From an uncultured cyanobacterium (GTDB lineage: Bacteria > Cyanobacteriota > Cyanobacteriia > Cyanobacteriales > CAWCAG01): a stretch of DNA of 64,000 nt. Positions 57,577-64,000 of this stretch are shown one piece after another; the first letter of the stretch is position 1, and every line of letters starts with the position of its first letter. The position numbers and the translations under genes were made by a program. The stretch is taken from contig CAWCAG010000009.1 in NCBI GenBank assembly GCA_963793425.1, forward strand, positions 1,077,805-1,141,804, given 5' to 3'. The notes beneath the pieces were generated by a model. The model saw nothing but the letters and a program-made list of their open reading frames with translations, was not told where the DNA came from and made no database searches.

Positions 57577-59622
57577 ATGTCCAACCGCCTTGCCCAAACC
57601 GATAGTCTCTATCTCCAAAAACACGCTGAAAATCCTATTGATTGGTGGCCTTGGTGTGATGAGGCTTTAGAAACTGCCCAACAAGATGATAAACCGATCT
57701 TCCTTTCTGTCGGTTATTCTAGCTGCCATTGGTGTACGGTTATGGAAGGTGAGGCTTTTTCTGATAGTGCGATCGCCGATTATATGAATGCTAATTTCTT
57801 GCCGATTAAAGTAGATCGTGAAGAGAGGCCGGATCTAGATAGTATTTATATGCAAGCGTTGCAGATGATGACAAGTCAGGGAGGTTGGCCTTTAAATATT
57901 TTCCTGACTCCTGATGAACGCATTCCTTTTTATGGTGGTACTTATTTCCCTGTAGAACCTCGTTATGGTCGTCCTGGCTTCTTGGATGTGTTGCGTTCTA
58001 TACGCCGCTTTTATGATGTAGAGAAGGAGAAGCTAGGCGGGTTTAAGCAAGAAATCATGAAGGGGTTACAGCAAGGAACTGTAATTGTTCCTAATCCCCC
58101 AGATTCCTTAACCAAAGAACTATTGCAACAGGGCATTGAAAATAACACTCGCGTGATTAGTGGACTTAATTATGCTCCTAGTTTCCCGATGATGCCCTAT
58201 ACCCAACTTGCTTTGCAAGGAAGTTGGCTGACTTCCCAAGGAGAAGCAGTTGCCCCTGCTGCTTTGAAAAGAGGTAGTGATTTGGTTAAAGGAGGAATTT
58301 ATGACCATGTGGGAGGGGGGTTTCATCGCTATACTGTAGATGCAACCTGGACAGTACCTCACTTTGAAAAAATGCTCTATGATAATGGGCAGATTGTGGA
58401 ATTTCTGGCTAATCTTTGGAGTGCAGGGGTACAAGAACCGGCTTTTAAAAGAGCGATCGCCGGTACGGTACAATGGTTGAAGCGGGAAATGACAGCCCCG
58501 CAAGGCTACTTTTATGCAGCACAAGATGCTGATAATTTTGTTACTCCAGAAGAAGTGGAACCAGAAGAAGGGGCTTTTTATGTTTGGAGTTATGAAGAGT
58601 TACAGAAATTGCTAACCCCAGAAGAGTTTGCAGCCCTAGAAGCCAAGTTTACGATTTCTGCCCCAGGTAACTTTGAAGGAAAAAATGTTTTGCAGCGCCG
58701 GGATGTAGCTGAACTTCCTGAAGATGTGGAAGAGATTTTGACTAAGTTATTTGCTGTACGATATGGCAAAGAGTTTGCAGCGGGGGAAACTTTCTCTCCG
58801 GCGAGGAATAATCAAGAGGCGAAAAGTAAAAATTGGGCGGGTAGAATTCCTCCTGTCACCGATACGAAGATGATTGTGGCTTGGAATAGTTTAATGATTT
58901 CTGGTTTAGCAAGGGCCTATGGGGTTTTTGGTGAACAGGAATATTTAGATTTAGCTGTTGAGGCAACAAACTTTATTCTGGAAAATCAGTGGGTAAGGGA
59001 ACGTTTTCATCGTCTCAATTATGAAGGGAAAGTTGCAGTTTTGGCACAATCAGAAGATTATGCTTTGTTTATTAAAGCTTTGTTAGATTTACAAACAGTC
59101 TCTCCCCAGAATACAAATTGGTTAGATAAAGCAGTAGAAATACAAGAAGAATTCGATCATCTGCTTTGGTGTCTGGAAATGGGAGGATACTTCAATACTG
59201 CACCGGATGGCAGCAAAGACTTGTTGATTCGGGAACGCAGCTATTTAGATAATGCTACACCCGCAGCAAATGGAGTGGCGATCGCTAATTTAATGCGTTT
59301 AGCTTTACTTAAAGAAGACAAAGATTATCAAGATAGGGCAGAACAAGCTTTACAAGCATTTGGCAGTGTAATGAGTAAATCTCCTACTGCTTGCCCTAGC
59401 TTGTTTTCAGCTTTAGATTGGTTTCGCAATGGCGCTTTGATCCAAGCCAAGCCAGAACAACTGCAAACCCTTATTTCTCAATACTTACCAACCTGTGCTT
59501 ATCAACTGGATGCTAATTTACCAGAAGAGACTTTTGGCTTAGTTTGTCGAGACTTTGTTTGTCTCAAACCAGCGAAGAGTTGGCGAGAGTTGAAGGGGCA
59601 GGTAATAGGCAATGGGCATTAG
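57577..59622 (+). CDS. Thioredoxin-domain / six-hairpin glycosidase-like protein (YyaL/SPATA20 family)
   Basis: NRL...S.YL..HA.NP..W, CHWC, GGWPL, PHFEKMLYDN. Start taken as ATG 57577. Confidence 0.92.
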   Translation: MSNRLAQTDSLYLQKHAENPIDWWPWCDEALETAQQDDKPIFLSVGYSSCHWCTVMEGEAFSDSAIADYMNANFLPIKVDREERPDLDSIYMQALQMMTSQGGWPLNIFLTPDERIPFYGGTYFPVEPRYGRPGFLDVLRSIRRFYDVEKEKLGGFKQEIMKGLQQGTVIVPNPPDSLTKELLQQGIENNTRVISGLNYAPSFPMMPYTQLALQGSWLTSQGEAVAPAALKRGSDLVKGGIYDHVGGGFHRYTVDATWTVPHFEKMLYDNGQIVEFLANLWSAGVQEPAFKRAIAGTVQWLKREMTAPQGYFYAAQDADNFVTPEEVEPEEGAFYVWSYEELQKLLTPEEFAALEAKFTISAPGNFEGKNVLQRRDVAELPEDVEEILTKLFAVRYGKEFAAGETFSPARNNQEAKSKNWAGRIPPVTDTKMIVAWNSLMISGLARAYGVFGEQEYLDLAVEATNFILENQWVRERFHRLNYEGKVAVLAQSEDYALFIKALLDLQTVSPQNTNWLDKAVEIQEEFDHLLWCLEMGGYFNTAPDGSKDLLIRERSYLDNATPAANGVAIANLMRLALLKEDKDYQDRAEQALQAFGSVMSKSPTACPSLFSALDWFRNGALIQAKPEQLQTLISQYLPTCAYQLDANLPEETFGLVCRDFVCLKPAKSWRELKGQVIGNGH

Positions 59623-59709
59623 TCATTGGTAACAAGTTAAGCCAACTAGCCCATAAATGATTACCCATTACTTTGTCTTCAGAGGTAAAACTTATTACTT
59701 ATTACTTAG

Positions 59710-60347
59710 TCATTCTCCCAGCTTAATGGCCTCAATCACACAATCCTCTACCTTAGTAGGTACGATGCGACTTAGTTCAAAGTTAGCTGCTTTAAGTAAT
59801 TCGCGATATTCTTGGGCGGTACGCTCTTTGCCACCACACATTATAAACAGAGTCAAGTCCCAAAACTTAGCAGGGGAAGGTTGATTTTCCGGAAGGACTA
59901 CTTGCTGAACTATTAATAAACGTCCTCCTTCTGGCATAGCTTTGTAACAATTTTGTAAGATGGTAAGGGCTTGGGGATCATCCCAATCGTGCATAATATG
60001 TTTGAGGAAATAAGCATCTCCCCCTGATGGGATTTCCTCAAAGAAATTTCCCGATACTAATTTGGTGCGATCACGGACTCCTTTTTCAGTCAACAGAGGT
60101 GGGGCTTTGTCAATAACTTCAGGGCGCTCCACAAGTATGCCCTGCATTTGAGGATATGCTTGTAAAATAGTAGCTAGCTGAGCGCCACAACCCCCAGCAA
60201 CATCAACCAATGTATTGATACCAAATCATAGGCTTCCGTCACTGCTACTTGTTCCAAAGCTGACATATCAGTCATAGCCTGATTAAATAGCTCTGCTGCT
60301 TGAGGAGGAATTTGAGATGAGGCGGGTGTAAAATTTGAAGAACTCAT
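59710..60347 (-). pseudogene. O-methyltransferase (Methyltransf_2) pseudogene
   Basis: MSSSNF...PPQ|AAELFNQAM...EAYD, then a frameshift into GINTLVDVAGG.G, GNFF, KHIMHDW, GKERT; the dimerisation domain is absent. Confidence 0.8.
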
Positions 60348-60518
60348 AAAACATACCTCACTAATAAACTTTGGTTGAGTGTAATAATTATCACAGTTAC
60401 GATTATATTCAATGATTTACTCAGTTCTCTTTAAAAAGAAGAGATTTTCAACCAAATCCAATAATTATCAATTTAGTCTACGACAATGGCAAAGCCATAA
60501 AATCATCAATTGATAACT

Positions 60519-61553
60519 ATGTTTTCCAAAAATCTAAAAAAATTAGTGAGGCTAGGTTTGATTGCCACTTTAATAGCAATTGTCTTGAACTTATTAACTA
60601 TTGCTCCTCCTCATCAACCCCAACCTAGCAATCTAATCAAAGGAGTTTGGTTAACCCATTCAGGAAATTCTTTTTTAAATTATACAACAACAATTGATAA
60701 TGTATTTCATCGATTGTCACGCCTTAATTTTAATCGAGTTTATATCTCAGTTTATAACAAGGGGACAATTTACCCTAGTCAATATGGTCTGAGAAATCAT
60801 CAAGTATCTTTACCGAAAACAGACCCATTAAACGCAGCAATTAAACAAGGAAAACGTCAAGGGTTGAAAATTTATGCTTGGTATGAATATGGCATGATGC
60901 TCAATAAAAATGAGCTGCTAGGGAAACAACATCCCGATTGGCTTTTAACCACAAATGATGGGACTCAGTTAGTTAATAACAACCTTTGGCTCAATCCTGC
61001 CCATCCAGAAGTAGAAAGATATTGGCTCAATTTATTAACAGAAGTTGCAGCAAAATATCCTGAATTATCTGGGATTCAATTAGATGATCATTGGGGTATT
61101 CCTCAAGCATTTGGAAATCATCAATTAGAAATGAGTAATCTTACTAGAAAAGCCATAGAAGCAGTGAGGAAAGTAAATAGCAATCTCACTATTTCAGTTT
61201 CTCCCAACTCTTATAATTTTGCCCTGAAGAATTATAATCAAGATTGGCTTAGGTGGGTGAAAGAAAAACTAGTAGATGAAATTATTGTTCAGATTTATCG
61301 TCCTACAGCAACGGAAGTAGCCAAACATCTTGCAGCTTCAGGAATAAATATAGCTAGTCAATATGTACCAGTAGCAGTAGGAATTTATACAGGAGATCCT
61401 CGCAAGAGAAAGTCTTTAACAGAAATAGCTGAACAAGTATCAGTAGTAAAAAAATATAATTATGGTTATTCTTTGTTTTGTTGGGAATATTTGTTTACGC
61501 CTTTGCATAATAGTTCAAAGGAAGCAAGAGAAGAAGTTTTTAAGGCAAAATAA
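60519..61553 (+). CDS. Glycoside hydrolase-like 10 (GHL10/DUF187) family protein
   Basis: KGVWL, AWYEYG, WLNPAHPEV, GIQLDDH, QDW..W, QIYR motifs. Confidence 0.87.
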   Translation: MFSKNLKKLVRLGLIATLIAIVLNLLTIAPPHQPQPSNLIKGVWLTHSGNSFLNYTTTIDNVFHRLSRLNFNRVYISVYNKGTIYPSQYGLRNHQVSLPKTDPLNAAIKQGKRQGLKIYAWYEYGMMLNKNELLGKQHPDWLLTTNDGTQLVNNNLWLNPAHPEVERYWLNLLTEVAAKYPELSGIQLDDHWGIPQAFGNHQLEMSNLTRKAIEAVRKVNSNLTISVSPNSYNFALKNYNQDWLRWVKEKLVDEIIVQIYRPTATEVAKHLAASGINIASQYVPVAVGIYTGDPRKRKSLTEIAEQVSVVKKYNYGYSLFCWEYLFTPLHNSSKEAREEVFKAK

Positions 61554-61633
61554 TCAAGATGTTTATCCTTTTTAATGTATGAAAATGCTATTAAAAACTG
61601 TATCAGTTCACTTATAAGCCTATTAGGGTTTTT

Positions 61634-62167
61634 TTAAGCGAAATTAACTCCTCCTGATAAACGGGGTAATACGGCAGCCTGTATCTGCGAATGAGTCATA
61701 CGGGCATTTTCTTTTAAATACTGAGCCGCAACAGACATACCTAAAGATGCAGCCCCAGCAAAAGTTGAAACAGTCGGTTGATTATTTTCAATTCTAGGAA
61801 AAGCAATCGCTGGATTGTTGCCTAAATTTTCTCTGCGGTATGCTCCAAGAACGTAATTATATTGAGGTTGATTAACTTCAGCAACTGCAATATCTTCAAA
61901 TTGTCTACGTAAAAACTCACGTTGAGCTAATTGAGCATCCAAGCGCTTATCAAACCACTGTTGAGTACGTTTATAAAGTCTACCAGAAGCAAAAGCAGCT
62001 AGAGTAAGTCCTCCTAATGCAGTATTTAATAAGCTCAATCCTGGTGCTGATCTGATTAGGAAAATTAGCAAAAATGCGTTTGATTTTCGAGAATTTAAAA
62101 CGCCTAAATTGATAACGAATGAAGCTCCACCTAAAGTAGCATACTGAATGAATTTTCTTCTCTTCAT
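61634..62167 (-). CDS. Hypothetical protein with twin-arginine-like N-terminus
   Basis: MKRRKFIQY followed by a hydrophobic stretch. Confidence 0.6.
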   Translation of the reverse strand: MKRRKFIQYATLGGASFVINLGVLNSRKSNAFLLIFLIRSAPGLSLLNTALGGLTLAAFASGRLYKRTQQWFDKRLDAQLAQREFLRRQFEDIAVAEVNQPQYNYVLGAYRRENLGNNPAIAFPRIENNQPTVSTFAGAASLGMSVAAQYLKENARMTHSQIQAAVLPRLSGGVNFA

Positions 62168-62174
62168 AAATTGG

Positions 62175-62732
62175 TTATTCTAAAATATCTTCAAAAAAGA
62201 AAATAGCAGGACATTCATTGTGGTTAGAGCGAACACACTCTCCTTCTAAAGCGATGCTACGAGTGTTCTTTACATCTATAATCCAAGAAGTTAACTCTCC
62301 TTTTCTCACATCTTTATAGCCAGTAAAATTGCCATCTTTATATACTGATAAACGAGGATAACCCTCCAAGTAAGAACTATCAGGAATTCCTAGCGTAAGA
62401 CTTAATGTTTTCAATTTCGGTTCTTCACTAGGAGCAGCCAATCTACAAGCAACTTGTGTAGAGTACTTTGTTCCAATCGCTGCTGGAGGTCTATGTCTAT
62501 GGCTGCCTCCTCCTAAATAAGCAACAGCCCTCAAGACTTGGAGACTTACTGAAAAATCATCATTGATAACGTTATATTTTCCAGACCCTCTGTTTGCATT
62601 TATTGCTAAACATCCCATCTCACCTAGAGAAGCAACTCCTGAAGGACGGAGACTTTGTGCCTGAACTAAATTACCTGAAGTTACCAATGCTGTAGCCAAT
62701 ACAAAACCTGAGAAAAAGCGGCTCATATTCAT
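62175..62732 (-). CDS. Secreted beta-rich hypothetical protein (NPCBM-like carbohydrate-binding fold possible)
   Basis: Signal peptide ending VQA; four Cys; LSLTLGI.D / LSVY.DG / IDV.....IAL pattern. Confidence 0.55.
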   Translation of the reverse strand: MNMSRFFSGFVLATALVTSGNLVQAQSLRPSGVASLGEMGCLAINANRGSGKYNVINDDFSVSLQVLRAVAYLGGGSHRHRPPAAIGTKYSTQVACRLAAPSEEPKLKTLSLTLGIPDSSYLEGYPRLSVYKDGNFTGYKDVRKGELTSWIIDVKNTRSIALEGECVRSNHNECPAIFFFEDILE

Positions 62733-62998
62733 AAAAAAATATCTCAACTTGATTTGTACGTAAGTTTTTAATTAGAATTTATGATCTTTTTTACTGATTT
62801 ATATATCTATTACTTAAGTATATAACTACAAGCTTCTTTTTACTGCAAGAGTCAAATGGCTTAAGAGAAATGGCTTATACTAAACAGGGAATACAGGAAT
62901 ATTCTTATATACAGAGACTTTATGAAATTGATTTTACTGTTTACGGTCTTTTTCCCATAATTTCTATTATTTTACTACAGAAATTTATTGCAAAAAAG

Positions 62999-63724
62999 AT
63001 GTTTACTCAAGCAGCTAAAGTAAAACTTTCTCCTCAAGTAATTAGTATCTTAAAAGAACTAAAACCATACTTGAAAAATCTTTATCAAGAAGAACTAGCT
63101 AAAATTATTCTCTACGGCTCTCAAGCAAGAGGTGATGCTCAACCAGATTCTGATATAGATGTTTTGATTGTACTTAAATCTGACTTTTCTTTTTATCAAG
63201 AAAGCAAGAGAATCAATAATTTTGTTACCGATTTATGTTTAAAATATGAAGTGCTACTTAGTTGCAGTTTTTCTACCCTCACTCAACTTAAAAGCCAACC
63301 CACTGCTTTTTATCGCAACGTGACTAATGAAGGTATAGAAGTCATGGACTTAGAACAACAAAAGCTTTTAGAAAAAGGGGCAAAAAGTTTAGCTGCTGCT
63401 AGAAAATTAAATCAAGAGAATTTTCCTGAATTTAGTGCTTCTAGGGCTTATTACTGTATGTTTTATATTGCTGAAGCCTTTTTACTTAAAGAGGGTTTAT
63501 CTTTTTCTAAGCATTCTGCTGTTATCGGCGCTTTCGGGCGAGAGTTTGCTAGTAAGAAAAGAATCCCTGTAGAATATCATCGCCACTTAATTGAGGCAGA
63601 AAGAATACGCTTGCAAGGAGATTACAATACTGATACTGAGATAACCAGAGATGATGCTAACACAGTAATAAATCAAGCTGAAATCATGCTCAATTTTGCT
63701 CAAAATAATCTTGACTTGATTTAA
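62999..63724 (+). CDS. Minimal nucleotidyltransferase (MNT) fused in frame to a HEPN domain
   Basis: LYGSQARGD...SDIDVLIV (MNT); SRAYY.MF, SKH..VI..F, R...DY (HEPN). Confidence 0.85.
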   Translation: MFTQAAKVKLSPQVISILKELKPYLKNLYQEELAKIILYGSQARGDAQPDSDIDVLIVLKSDFSFYQESKRINNFVTDLCLKYEVLLSCSFSTLTQLKSQPTAFYRNVTNEGIEVMDLEQQKLLEKGAKSLAAARKLNQENFPEFSASRAYYCMFYIAEAFLLKEGLSFSKHSAVIGAFGREFASKKRIPVEYHRHLIEAERIRLQGDYNTDTEITRDDANTVINQAEIMLNFAQNNLDLI

Positions 63725-63816
63725 TTAAACCAATTTATCGAAATAGCCAAACAGATAAATACAGAAAGTAGCAATAGATTATTTTGAGTATTACTTTAAT
63801 ATGAAATAGGAACAAC

Positions 63817-64000
63817 TTATTTGCGGGCTTTCACATACAAAGTAGTAGAATCTTGCCAAACTCCTTGTTCTGTTACTAATTCTGCGATCGCCTTTTTATA
63901 TTCCTCTTGTAGTCTCGTTTTTTGCTCTGAAGATAAATTGTTTAAAGGATTACCCCTCGGATAAAAATCCCAACCATCCCATGCAGAAACATAATAGACA
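63817..64000 (-). CDS. 3' end of a gene, possibly a class I SAM methyltransferase (partial)
   Basis: Open frame ...GNPLNNLSSEQKTRLQEEYKKAIAELVTEQGVWQDSTTLYVKARK*; family guess rests on the C-terminus only. Confidence 0.55.
   Translation of the reverse strand, partial: VYYVSAWDGWDFYPRGNPLNNLSSEQKTRLQEEYKKAIAELVTEQGVWQDSTTLYVKARK

Larger units (their letters stand above)
1120..63891. repeat. HIP1 octamer GCGATCGC, dispersed (roughly 30 copies)
   Basis: Seen e.g. near 1120, 4724, 5104, 7803, 13670, 16090, 24818, 36538, 45972, 57769, 63884. Count is by eye. Confidence 0.95.

Noticed and set aside
62870..62998. 43-aa hydrophobic extension ahead of the MNT domain
   Set aside because: Likely untranslated AT-rich leader; the MNT-like sequence begins at ATG 62999.

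Overview
Chromosomal window from a cyanobacterium. Evidence for the origin: roughly 30 HIP1 octamers (GCGATCGC) counted by eye, STRR-like heptamer/octamer tandem repeats, and cyanobacterial genes (plmA, petP, labA, crtO, GUN4- and Uma2-family genes). Most of the window is housekeeping: rsmI, secG, leuA, cobD, HU, pilMNOQ, rimM, aroQ, cinA, a squalene synthase-type gene, a PgpH-type phosphodiesterase and an RsbU/V/W partner switch. The more unusual parts are: (1) an operon of a small wHTH protein, a MinD/ParA ATPase and a 987-aa single-pass Ig-repeat protein that begins with a paralogous wHTH; (2) a divergent SPL-like radical SAM + TcmP-type methyltransferase cassette wedged upstream of rimM, a candidate DNA-modification system; (3) a cold-shock gene / orphan SPASM fragment / McrA-like HNH nuclease islet; (4) an MNT-HEPN in-frame fusion; (5) a His-less hybrid pseudokinase; (6) a GUN4 protein whose NACHT core appears deleted; (7) a Yfr2-like sRNA; (8) decayed IS200/IS605 TnpB remnants including an orphan omegaRNA-like right end; (9) a dispersed ~26-nt double-hairpin repeat. 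No CRISPR array, rRNA or tRNA was seen. All family assignments come from motif recognition by eye, not database searches.
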